From a virus (taxonomy: Duplodnaviria; Caudoviricetes), in the IMG/VR virus record IMGVR_UViG_3300024042_000034, positions 1-52,144 of that record: 52,144 nucleotides of DNA. The stretch is one strand, 5' to 3'. Shown one piece after another: positions 1 through 8,245 of this stretch. Positions within the stretch are counted from its first letter, which is position 1; each line of letters begins with the position of its first letter. The translations under genes were made by a program, and so were the position numbers. The notes beneath the pieces are model-generated. The model worked only from the letters and a program-made list of their open reading frames with translations, was not told the origin of the DNA and searched no databases.

Positions 1-240
1 ATGAACACACAAAACACTCAATTCGTGCCAGTGGCACCATCAATACAACACGTTTCTAACGGTATATATTTCGCGATTACCAAAGACGGACAAAAGTGCT
101 GTGGGCCTATCTATTTGGACAGCATATCCCTTATGTTCTACTGCGAAGATTCGAGATTCAACGACGATAATGTAAATGACAGCGATCATGGTACTGTGAT
201 CGAATATGTAATAGAGGAAAGCGAGGTTTCAGGTGAATAA
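1..240 (+). CDS. Hypothetical phage protein
   Basis: 79 aa ORF overlapping the next gene in a tightly packed + strand operon. Confidence 0.55.
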   Translation: MNTQNTQFVPVAPSIQHVSNGIYFAITKDGQKCCGPIYLDSISLMFYCEDSRFNDDNVNDSDHGTVIEYVIEESEVSGE

Positions 241-715
241 CGAAAAGAAAGCGCCAGTACTGACACTGGAACATCTAGCGCCGTATTTGCCTTATGGGGT
301 TGAAGTAAAAACAAAGGATGGAATTTTTAAGGTAGTTGGATGGGTTGATGATATAGGTGTATGCCTAGATACAATTTTGTATGGGGCAAACGCTATACCA
401 GAATATAAATTAATCCTTCGCCCATTATCCGACCTTACCAAAGAGATTGAGCATAAGGGTGAAAGGTTTGTGCCAAAAGAACTATTAAGGGAAATTAGCG
501 GAGCTTTTAAGCCAACTGATGATATTAAAAATACATTTACTATATGTATAGTAGATGAAACAGTTACAAGATTTTCCGCACTATGTGTACATATAAACCA
601 ATTAGAATTGTTTCAAAAACTATTCGAATGGCACTTCGACGTATTCGGCCTAATCGAAAAAGGCTTGGCTATAGACATCAATTCTATCGAAGGAAAGGAG
701 GTTGGAAATGGATAG
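233..715 (+). CDS. Hypothetical phage protein (LRPLSDLT-type accessory family)
   Basis: 160 aa ORF with LAPYLPYG...LILRPLSDLT...WHFDVFGLIEKGLAID; weak resemblance to 38170..38604. Confidence 0.75.
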   Translation: MNNEKKAPVLTLEHLAPYLPYGVEVKTKDGIFKVVGWVDDIGVCLDTILYGANAIPEYKLILRPLSDLTKEIEHKGERFVPKELLREISGAFKPTDDIKNTFTICIVDETVTRFSALCVHINQLELFQKLFEWHFDVFGLIEKGLAIDINSIEGKEVGNG

Positions 716-1067
716 GCTATTTAGACAGGTGTCAGTCAAAGATCGCCTGCCGGAGAAAGAAGGAAAATATCACACCAATGTTGGATTAGTGTACTTCCAC
801 GGTAAAGAGTTCTATCATTGGATTGAATGGTGGCTCGAAGAAATAACCCTAGAATCCATCCAAGACAAAAGAGAACTAACGGCTACATTTTTGGTCAACT
901 CCATTCGATTACTTGATGAGCAGGGAGCTAGGCACTTGGTTAAGGAGCTGTGTGAACGGTTTCATTTGTTGCCTAGTGAGGAAATTCTTGATGCGATAGA
1001 CTACAATGGTGGCTTCAAGGATGGGGTAAAATGGATTATTGACAAATTGAAAGGTACTAAAAAATGA
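702..1067 (+). CDS. Hypothetical phage protein
   Basis: 121 aa ORF with SVKDRLPE N-terminal motif common in phage accessory proteins; overlaps neighbours. Confidence 0.7.
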   Translation: MEMDRLFRQVSVKDRLPEKEGKYHTNVGLVYFHGKEFYHWIEWWLEEITLESIQDKRELTATFLVNSIRLLDEQGARHLVKELCERFHLLPSEEILDAIDYNGGFKDGVKWIIDKLKGTKK

Positions 1068-1252
1068 CCCCACGACACCCCCACAATATCATCGGTCTCG
1101 TCATCGAGCAATGGGTAGGCACCAATAGAAAACGCAGGCATATCTGCAAGGAATTTGGTGTGTGCTACAAGACTGCAGCTAGATGGGTAGCTATGTATCA
1201 TACTGAGCCGGATGTTGTGGGGCAGGTGTTGGTGATGGAGAGTAAAGTTTAA
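1064..1252 (+). CDS. Small putative HTH protein
   Basis: 62 aa, ATGA-coupled; RRHICKEFGVCYKTAARWV resembles a helix-turn-helix. Confidence 0.55.
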   Translation: MTPRHPHNIIGLVIEQWVGTNRKRRHICKEFGVCYKTAARWVAMYHTEPDVVGQVLVMESKV

Positions 1253-1263
1253 AGGAGAAAGGA

Positions 1264-1551
1264 ATGATAAAAATAAGTATTACCAAATTTAAGGCTCTTG
1301 AAAGAAAGGCTATAACTCATTTAGAAAAACACTCATCCACATGCGATGATATGCTAGTATTAATACGACCATTGATCTCGTTTGATCTTGACCCTAATGA
1401 TTGTGTTTTTTACCAAACGGGAGATGGATATTGTTTATCGTGGGAGTCAAAGAGAAATGCGACAAACACCCCTGTCTTTGCGATTATTAACCAATTTTAT
1501 TCATTAGGCAGAACACTCGACGAAGACGATTTATTAACCATCAGTATTTAA
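1264..1551 (+). CDS. Hypothetical protein
   Basis: 95 aa ORF within the operon. Confidence 0.6.
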   Translation: MIKISITKFKALERKAITHLEKHSSTCDDMLVLIRPLISFDLDPNDCVFYQTGDGYCLSWESKRNATNTPVFAIINQFYSLGRTLDEDDLLTISI

Positions 1552-1554
1552 AAT

Positions 1555-2457
1555 ATGTACAGACCAACAGCAAAAGGATATTTTTCAGGGATTGGAATAT
1601 TCGAAATGGGTCTACAAGATTCAGGAATAGACCTAATACAGTCGTTAGACTTTGATAAAGGCGCTACCCGTATAATGAATTTAAATCCTCATTACTTTTC
1701 TCATAAAGTGTTGCATGAAGATATAAAGGAAATGAGGGTAACAAAGCAACCAAAATCAGATATAGTTATAGGTACTTATCCGTGTACCAAATATTCAGAT
1801 ATTGGAGATATTCACCACGTACGGACAGGTGATGAATTGTATCTGCATTTTTTCAGACATGTTGCAATAGAATTGCCGGAGGTCTTCATCTTAGAAAATG
1901 TTCCAGGAATGCGTAAGTTCCCTGTAGTAATGGAGGCCATGACCCGGTTACCTAACTATTACGTAAAAGTGTTTTGTCCAGTAAACGCCTTGAATTGGCT
2001 TCCACAAGATCGGAAACGAGTGATAATTATTGGCACAAAAAGACAATTCAGACTTAGAGGGCCAAAGAATACCAGGAGCCTTTCTATAAAGGATATCCTA
2101 GAAAAAGATCCTGAATTAGATATACCTCCTAATTTTTATTCAAGATTTCACGGGAATTACAGAGACAAGCCTATTATCGTTGATCCAAATGATAGAAATT
2201 CGTTTGCCCCATGCTGTGTAGCGCATTACTATAAAGACCAGGGTACCCGGGTTGTAAAAGACAAAAGATACCCTTTCGGTATTCGCCCGTTTTCCCTTAG
2301 AGAGTACGCTAGATTGCAAGGGGTGCCTGATGATTTCATTTTCCCAACCCATAAAGATGGTTCTTACATTAAGAAGAATTACATGTACATCGGTAATGGT
2401 GTTCCGTTCCAAATTGGGCAATGGGCAGGAAAAGAACTAATGAGATATTTTAATTAA
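1555..2457 (+). CDS. DNA (cytosine-5) methyltransferase, orphan
   Basis: Motif I YFSGIG, catalytic YPC, ENV, QDRKR, RLQG and GNGV in canonical order; no adjacent restriction enzyme recognised. Confidence 0.92.
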   Translation: MYRPTAKGYFSGIGIFEMGLQDSGIDLIQSLDFDKGATRIMNLNPHYFSHKVLHEDIKEMRVTKQPKSDIVIGTYPCTKYSDIGDIHHVRTGDELYLHFFRHVAIELPEVFILENVPGMRKFPVVMEAMTRLPNYYVKVFCPVNALNWLPQDRKRVIIIGTKRQFRLRGPKNTRSLSIKDILEKDPELDIPPNFYSRFHGNYRDKPIIVDPNDRNSFAPCCVAHYYKDQGTRVVKDKRYPFGIRPFSLREYARLQGVPDDFIFPTHKDGSYIKKNYMYIGNGVPFQIGQWAGKELMRYFN

Positions 2458-2499
2458 CCCCCACCCTAGTATAGTCTAGGGTGGTAAAGAAGAAATAAT

Positions 2500-2766
2500 A
2501 TGACAAAAGAACAACCATACTTCGATGAAAACGGAGTCGAAATAAAAGAGTTCGCCGTTATTCGTGTATTTCACTTTATCGGCGCTAGGCGCAAGAAGCA
2601 CTATATGTACAAATGGGTGAAATTAAAAGAATTCAAAGGCACCTTATACTGGGTTGCTTATCACCTAGTAGATGATACCGATTCTATTCATGGATATTAT
2701 CATTTACGGAGCTGCGCGGATGAAAACCGAGTTATTAAAGGAACAGTGGTAGTACAACAATATTGA
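2500..2766 (+). CDS. Hypothetical phage protein
   Basis: 88 aa ORF coupled to the next gene. Confidence 0.6.
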   Translation: MTKEQPYFDENGVEIKEFAVIRVFHFIGARRKKHYMYKWVKLKEFKGTLYWVAYHLVDDTDSIHGYYHLRSCADENRVIKGTVVVQQY

Positions 2767-3191
2767 TTATGATAACAGCAAACCAACTACGAATCGGAAA
2801 TTACATAGCATCCGATCATTTCAAAGACCGTGATGTAATTGTCAAAGTACGGTTTATATTAAACGATCATGCAATTGTAGAGCATCCTAATGGCGTATCA
2901 GATCCTTTGCTATACAAAGGAGAAATGCGAGCTATCAAGCTGACAGAGGAAATACTATTGAAGTGTGGGTTCAGGTTTGACAAAAGCACATCTGATATAA
3001 AGCTTTTCCTTACTGTACCAAACCTAAGTTTAGAAATTCATGCGACATTTTACCACGGAAAATTTGTAATTGAATTGGTAAATCACTTAGTGCCTATAGT
3101 AACGGAAGTAGAATACCTCCACCAACTCCAAAACCTATACTTCGCACTTACTGGAAAAGAACTGGAGGTAAATTTATTCGATCTTCTCTAA
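2763..3191 (+). CDS. Phage protein of the LRIGN...YLHQLQN family (paralog 1 of 3)
   Basis: Shares QLRIGNY, LTEEILLKCGF and YLHQLQNLYFALTGKEL with 31538..31927 and 31920..32357. Confidence 0.8.
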   Translation: MIMITANQLRIGNYIASDHFKDRDVIVKVRFILNDHAIVEHPNGVSDPLLYKGEMRAIKLTEEILLKCGFRFDKSTSDIKLFLTVPNLSLEIHATFYHGKFVIELVNHLVPIVTEVEYLHQLQNLYFALTGKELEVNLFDLL

Positions 3192-3398
3192 TAAAATATT
3201 TAATTCCTCACTATCCGTAGGTGATTTATTAACACCTTTGGTAATATCTATGATAATGTAATCCTCTTTTAGAAAAGATATTTTCGAACCTACAAATAAG
3301 TTATCGAATGGAATTCCTTCTGTCTTTAAGATTTCGTTCTTATCATTATCAAAAAGTGGGCTATTAATATTACCCTCAGTGTAAAAAATATACCTCAT
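3174..3398 (-). CDS. Hypothetical protein (AT-rich)
   Basis: 74 aa ORF convergent with the operon. Confidence 0.45.
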   Translation of the reverse strand: MRYIFYTEGNINSPLFDNDKNEILKTEGIPFDNLFVGSKISFLKEDYIIIDITKGVNKSPTDSEELNILLEKIE

Positions 3399-3434
3399 GC
3401 TTATTTATTAATATCCATAAATATATAAAATTTC

Positions 3435-3518
3435 ATGCCCCTCACCAAACAACAAAGTGAAGCGCTCCGACTAAAGTATTCGGGGCGCTTGTTGTGTATG
3501 ATTAATATTTTATTTTGA
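3435..3518 (+). pseudogene. Possible remnant of a phage HNH endonuclease N-terminus
   Basis: Translates MPLTKQQSEALRLKYSGR then degenerates; resembles MALTKKQR..LR.KFGGRCAYCG starts of phage HNH proteins (recalled, not searched). Confidence 0.4.
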
Positions 3519-3543
3519 AAATTAAACTTAAAAAAATATATTC

Positions 3544-4647
3544 GTGAAAAACCTATCAATTATGGCATACACCCCAATACCTACTGAATCAAAAACCAAG
3601 ATTGATAAATCTGGACGGGTATTAACTGATTTTCATAATGACAAACTGGCTGATATGAAAACTTTCTTGGAAGCAATTGATTTAGCCAATAGATGGAGGG
3701 CATGCCATGCTTATCCGTTGAATACATTTCAAGCTACCCTAAGAACAAAATTGAAATCTTTCAAAGGAAGTCCTTTAGTAGCCCAAAGATTAAAACGTAT
3801 GCCAACAATTATAGATAAATTAAGTCGATATCCTAAAATGAGACTTTCTCAATTACAGGATATAGCTGGGGTTAGGGCAATTTTAAACGATGTTGATGAC
3901 GTTTACTTACTTGTTGATAAGTACGTAAAAAACAATAACTTCCCACACACTCATGTTGAACCAATATTCGACTATATACAGCATCCAAGAAATGAAGATG
4001 GGTACAGGAGTGTTCATCTAATTTACAAATACAGTAATAAGAAAGTTAAAGATTTCGATGGGTTAAAAATTGAGATTCAAATAAGAACTAAATTACAGCA
4101 CATATGGGCCACCGCTGTTGAAACCGTTGGCAGCATTATAGGTCAACAATTAAAATCACGTCAAGGAGAAGAGAATTGGTTGGATTTTTTTGCATTGGTT
4201 TCGTCCGCATTTGCCATTGAAGAAAATGCTCCCAAAGTTCCTAGATTTGCGGAGTTGTCAAGGAATGAAACATACCAAGAAATAGCTCGATTAGAAAGGG
4301 AAGTTGGGGTACTTGATAAAATTAGGGGGTTTAATTCCGTCGTAAGCTTTGATCATTCAAGTAAAGGTTATTCTTATCACCTTATTATAATTGATAAATC
4401 AGAAAGCAAGATTGAAGTAATCGCCTATGATAGGGATAGCTATCAAAAAGCTCTTACTGACTATGCAGAGTACGAGTCAAAAGCATCATCTATTTATGAT
4501 GTAGTATTAGTTTCTGCTGGCCCTATTGAAGCCCTTAAAAAAGCTTATCCTAATTTATTTCTTGACCTATCAGTATTTGAGAGACTATTAACAAAAATGA
4601 TCGATGAAGGAGGTATATATTTAGACTTCGCAGAGTTTTCAAGTTAA
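3544..4647 (+). CDS. RelA/SpoT synthetase-domain protein, CapRel-like fused toxin-antitoxin
   Basis: SYNTH motifs RLK, QDIAGVR, DYI..P...GYRSVHL, EIQIRT..QH.WA; N-terminal WRACHAYPL and C-terminal VVLVSA...LKKAYPN as in CapRel; 367 aa; no hydrolase domain. Confidence 0.85.
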   Translation: MKNLSIMAYTPIPTESKTKIDKSGRVLTDFHNDKLADMKTFLEAIDLANRWRACHAYPLNTFQATLRTKLKSFKGSPLVAQRLKRMPTIIDKLSRYPKMRLSQLQDIAGVRAILNDVDDVYLLVDKYVKNNNFPHTHVEPIFDYIQHPRNEDGYRSVHLIYKYSNKKVKDFDGLKIEIQIRTKLQHIWATAVETVGSIIGQQLKSRQGEENWLDFFALVSSAFAIEENAPKVPRFAELSRNETYQEIARLEREVGVLDKIRGFNSVVSFDHSSKGYSYHLIIIDKSESKIEVIAYDRDSYQKALTDYAEYESKASSIYDVVLVSAGPIEALKKAYPNLFLDLSVFERLLTKMIDEGGIYLDFAEFSS

Positions 4648-4684
4648 ACAATTTCGTATATTAGGCAAACCAAAACCAACAATT

Positions 4685-4981
4685 ATGACAGTATTTAAAG
4701 GATATATAAATGGTATTGAAGCATACAGAGTTGATGGTACTGATATTGGATCTAAAGACGAAGATGCGCTTCAAATTATCGTAACCCTCCAGTTTGTATC
4801 AGAGGGAGATATTAAACATTTTGTCCACTCTAATGGCGAAGATGTTATTCATGACAGAATTTACAGGCATCTAAAAAGGCTTAGAAAAATGATTGAAAAT
4901 TACAAAGTTAGAGTACCTCAACCCAAAACTAAGACTTCACTACCGGATCAACCCAATAAATCTCGTGATCCGTCAAAGTAA
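4685..4981 (+). CDS. Hypothetical protein
   Basis: 98 aa ORF downstream of the CapRel-like gene. Confidence 0.5.
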   Translation: MTVFKGYINGIEAYRVDGTDIGSKDEDALQIIVTLQFVSEGDIKHFVHSNGEDVIHDRIYRHLKRLRKMIENYKVRVPQPKTKTSLPDQPNKSRDPSK

Positions 4982-5522
4982 GCACGTCATTCGGTGAGAC
5001 ATGGCATTCGATCAAATCTTCTAATCCATCGCCAAGGACATATTTTAATGTATCATCAGACTCAACAGAGCCTTCCAAAATAGAGCCTTCATTCAATACA
5101 TATAGATCAGATGTAATCATATTGACTCGGCTCCTAGATATCCAGTCTTTAAGCTGATCTTTGGTCATTTTAACAACTCGATTGCCTGCTGCCCTGGCTT
5201 CTGCTATCTCCTTTTCAGCATCATTTGGAAATTCTTCCTTTACGGTAGCTTCGTAAAGATCCCAATTACCAGTACGTATCGCTACATTTCGTAAATACAG
5301 CTTCCTTCCGTATTCCCCAACCTCATCATAATATTTTTGTCCGTCGATCATATCAATTTCGTTTTGATTCCAAGTTAACAAGTCTTCTAAGACAAATACC
5401 CCCGTTTCTTCCTCGTCCAGTTCTTGCAGGTAAGAAAGGGTATCAGACACGAAAATAGGTCGTCCATTCTCCAATATATTATACCCTAAACAAATAAACT
5501 GCAATACTTGTTCTCTTGTCAT
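4929..5522 (-). CDS. Hypothetical acidic protein
   Basis: Long ORF (track start 5552; ATG at 5522 preferred because a TATCTTTG -7 box lies at 5542-5549); divergent from SRAP. Confidence 0.7.
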   Translation of the reverse strand: MTREQVLQFICLGYNILENGRPIFVSDTLSYLQELDEEETGVFVLEDLLTWNQNEIDMIDGQKYYDEVGEYGRKLYLRNVAIRTGNWDLYEATVKEEFPNDAEKEIAEARAAGNRVVKMTKDQLKDWISRSRVNMITSDLYVLNEGSILEGSVESDDTLKYVLGDGLEDLIECHVSPNDVLTLTDHEIYWVDPVVKS

Positions 5523-5556
5523 TATTGTATTACTTTTAAACCAAAGATACAAAACT

Positions 5557-6243
5557 ATGTGTTATCATACCTCAGCTCCTAGTACAGCCCAATTGGTGAA
5601 AGAGTTTAAGAATCTTTCGGTTCACTACCAACATGATGAAATATTCCATGTCACCGGCTTCACCCGTCCCTATCTTCCGGTTACGTTGAACACTGATCCA
5701 GGATCTATTGTTCCGGCCAGGTGGAAACTCATACCTTTTTGGGTAAAGACCGAAGATGATGCAGCCAAATATGCTAACACATTGAATGCAGAATCGGAAT
5801 CTATTTTTGAAAAGGCATCTTATAAAAATTACATCGGCAAAACCCGGGGCTTGCTTTATGTTAATGGTTTCTATGAACCTCACAAAGTCGCCGGGCAAAA
5901 GGAAACCGAGAACTATTACATCTACACTCCTACCAAAGATATCTTTACAATTGGCGTTGTATACAGTGATTTCAAGGATTACGAGACAAATAAAGTATAC
6001 CCGACATTTTCGGTAATCACTACTAAGGCCAATCCATTACTCGAGGAAATACACAATGAGAAAAAGAGAATGCCGCTTATTATTCCTCCATCCAGCAGGG
6101 AAGCGTGGCTTTCTGCGAGTACCAAGGAAGAAGTACAGCAACTAATGATACCATATGAAGGTGAACTTTCTGCTCATAAAGTATTTCGTGTGACTGGGGC
6201 CAAAGGAGATACCAATCGTCCAGATATCCAAGACGCTATTTAA
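5557..6243 (+). CDS. SOS response-associated peptidase (SRAP/YedK/HMCES family)
   Basis: N-terminal MC (catalytic Cys2), W.LIP.W, NA.SE, GFYE, IH...RMP motifs. Confidence 0.92.
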   Translation: MCYHTSAPSTAQLVKEFKNLSVHYQHDEIFHVTGFTRPYLPVTLNTDPGSIVPARWKLIPFWVKTEDDAAKYANTLNAESESIFEKASYKNYIGKTRGLLYVNGFYEPHKVAGQKETENYYIYTPTKDIFTIGVVYSDFKDYETNKVYPTFSVITTKANPLLEEIHNEKKRMPLIIPPSSREAWLSASTKEEVQQLMIPYEGELSAHKVFRVTGAKGDTNRPDIQDAI

Positions 6244-6421
6244 GTTTCTTCCGTTCCATTACAATCCATTTTATCGCGGCATCCAATTCCTCAGGCCACT
6301 GTTTTAGTCCCTCTTCTAAAATGCGTGCGCCGGCTTCTATACCTACGCCCTGAGCTGCTGATAAAGCCGTTTTTCTGATATGATCTACATACCCAATTGG
6401 TGGTTGCTTACTAAGTTTCAT
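6236..6421 (-). CDS. Hypothetical protein
   Basis: 61 aa ORF divergent from 6479 across a palindromic site. Confidence 0.6.
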   Translation of the reverse strand: MKLSKQPPIGYVDHIRKTALSAAQGVGIEAGARILEEGLKQWPEELDAAIKWIVMERKKLK

Positions 6422-6450
6422 ACACCAAAATTAAAATTAATATTGATAAT

Positions 6451-6474
6451 ATACTAATAATATTAGTATTTTTG
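6451..6474. promoter_or_regulatory. Palindromic operator (CTAA-N5-TTAG core, candidate Bacteroidota SOS box) overlapping a TATTTTTG -7 box
   Basis: ATACTAATAATATTAGTAT at 6451-6469; -7 box at 6467-6474 just before ATG 6479. Confidence 0.6.
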
Positions 6475-6478
6475 ATTC

Positions 6479-6940
6479 ATGAAACCGTTAGAAGTCCACT
6501 GCCGAAATCGTGTCCTGTTCGTAAAAATGAGCATTGAAGATAAAGGCATGGGCATGCGTGACTACTACTTGTATGATAAAAACGGCAAATCGTTCTACAT
6601 TTTCAGACGGTCGCAGGGTATTTGGGAGTTGGCCTACGGCAATCTTGCGGATGATGTCCGTGAAGCTTGCATCGACGCGTTAATCCTAAGGTACGATCAC
6701 GATTCACCGGAGTTATTCTACAAAGATGGGAAGCGAAATGTTGTCAAGATCAGCGCCAAAAAAGGCGGCCTTTGGCATGTGTATGTGAACAATACCTACG
6801 TTGCATCAATCCAGTATGATGAGTTTGCGAAAAAGTTCGAATATTACTTGGAAGCTGAGACACCCCTTACTGTTGAGCATATAGAAAAGTATATCGGAAT
6901 GATCCAGCGTGGTGAGATTAAATGGGTTCGTGAGCGATGA
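6479..6940 (+). CDS. Hypothetical protein
   Basis: 153 aa ORF with its own promoter. Confidence 0.75.
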   Translation: MKPLEVHCRNRVLFVKMSIEDKGMGMRDYYLYDKNGKSFYIFRRSQGIWELAYGNLADDVREACIDALILRYDHDSPELFYKDGKRNVVKISAKKGGLWHVYVNNTYVASIQYDEFAKKFEYYLEAETPLTVEHIEKYIGMIQRGEIKWVRER

Positions 6941-7179
6941 TGAAGTCAATTATGTTCCGGTGTTTGGTTGATGGCTGCTTGAAATATGTGGATATATCTA
7001 AGTTGTATGGCGACAAGGATTTCCAGGTGATGATAAATCGTAGGTTCAATAATGATATTACTTTTAGGGATGGTGATTGGGTATTGCTCCCGAATAATGA
7101 AAGCTGGCTGACTACTGATGAGCTTACTATTTTTATGGATCACTTTGATGCGGAAATTGTGTTTGAGGAGGAGATTTAA
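6937..7179 (+). CDS. Hypothetical protein
   Basis: 80 aa, ATGA-coupled to the previous gene, followed by a terminator. Confidence 0.6.
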   Translation: MMKSIMFRCLVDGCLKYVDISKLYGDKDFQVMINRRFNNDITFRDGDWVLLPNNESWLTTDELTIFMDHFDAEIVFEEEI

Positions 7180-7210
7180 AAAGGCTATGAGCGGGCGCCC
7201 ATAGCCTTTT
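7179..7210. terminator. Bidirectional intrinsic terminator
   Basis: AAAAGGCTATG-N10-CATAGCCTTTT between convergent genes. Confidence 0.8.
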
Positions 7211-7248
7211 AGCCATATATTAACCTATTTTATGAATAACTAAGATAG

Positions 7249-7761
7249 TCACTTCCTCCTTAAAAACCAAATCAGCCCCGCTGCAATAATCAACACCCCG
7301 ACAGCCAAACCAATCCAATTCGAAAATATCCCAGTAGCGCTTGACCGCCGATCGACATCTTTTGTCTCAACCTGTTTTTTATCCGAACTATCTTTTTTTG
7401 AAACCACGCCAATCTTTTGACTGAGATCTTCTTTAATATCATTCAATATCTGCCTAGCCTGATTGGTCTTGTGTTTGGTATAAGAGACAATACTATCGGC
7501 TTTAAAAGTCACTGATCCATCAGGAGCCACTTTTACTTCTGTTCCTGGTGTTGGATAAACCTTGACTTTATCTTCACTCTCAGATGACATATTGGATATC
7601 TCCTTGGACTTATCCACCTTTCCTGTTGAAACCTTGCTGGACACTTTTACATCACTGGAAACAGACACAGCATCAAGCTGCTTATTGGTCTTTGTGGTCT
7701 TTCGGAAAAGCCCGCACCCCGATAACAGGATGCAGACTATTATTATTAAAAATATCCTCAT
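7249..7761 (-). CDS. Lipoprotein with C-terminal TM helix; putative unimolecular spanin
   Basis: Lipobox LLSG-C after a hydrophobic signal, C-terminal WIGLAVGVLIIAAGLIWF followed by RRK; last gene of the lysis cassette. Confidence 0.7.
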   Translation of the reverse strand: MRIFLIIIVCILLSGCGLFRKTTKTNKQLDAVSVSSDVKVSSKVSTGKVDKSKEISNMSSESEDKVKVYPTPGTEVKVAPDGSVTFKADSIVSYTKHKTNQARQILNDIKEDLSQKIGVVSKKDSSDKKQVETKDVDRRSSATGIFSNWIGLAVGVLIIAAGLIWFLRRK

Positions 7762-7931
7762 AGCTTTTCAATTTTAGTGGACAGATCCGTTAGTTTCCCA
7801 GCTAAGCTGTCTAGCTTTGGGATTACGTCCTCTATAGGCTTTGCAAGATCATTTACCTTGACGATCTCCACCTTTGGCCTTGCATCCGAATATGCCGAAC
7901 TGACCATTAGAATTAAAATAAACCATTTCAT
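7758..7931 (-). CDS. Small secreted or membrane protein in the lysis cassette (57 aa, absent from ORF track)
   Basis: MKWFILILMVSSAYSDARPKVEIVKVNDLAKPIEDVIPKLDSLAGKLTDLSTKIEKL; ATGA overlaps at both ends. Confidence 0.75.
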   Translation of the reverse strand: MKWFILILMVSSAYSDARPKVEIVKVNDLAKPIEDVIPKLDSLAGKLTDLSTKIEKL

Positions 7932-8245
7932 TTCCTACCTCCCATTTTATCTTTTTGCTGCTGGGCCACGCTGTCAACCTTAACCGCTGCGCTATCCACC
8001 TTTGTGGCAGCTTGATTAACTTTTTCCACTGCCGGCTCCATCCTGTTCTTAACCTCTAATAACATTTGATTATACAGGCGATCCTGCATTTCAGACTTAT
8101 CTTCCTGCAAGCTGTTTATCTTATTGAATAGGACAATGATTGCTGTTAGCATTATCCCCATAATTCCAGTTACCAGACCTGTCCGTAATTTCCCCGTAAT
8201 TCCGAAGTCCTTGAACTCCTTTTCTTGCTTGCTTTCTACTGCCAT
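7928..8245 (-). CDS. Single-TM coiled-coil protein; putative holin or inner spanin-like component
   Basis: One TM (GLVTGIMGIMLTAIIVLF) then a coiled coil; directly downstream of the endolysin. Confidence 0.55.
   Translation of the reverse strand: MAVESKQEKEFKDFGITGKLRTGLVTGIMGIMLTAIIVLFNKINSLQEDKSEMQDRLYNQMLLEVKNRMEPAVEKVNQAATKVDSAAVKVDSVAQQQKDKMGGRK

Noticed and set aside
2461-2484. Hairpin CCACCCTAG-N6-CTAGGGTGG as a terminator
   Set aside because: Perfect stem but no U tract on the + strand; role unresolved
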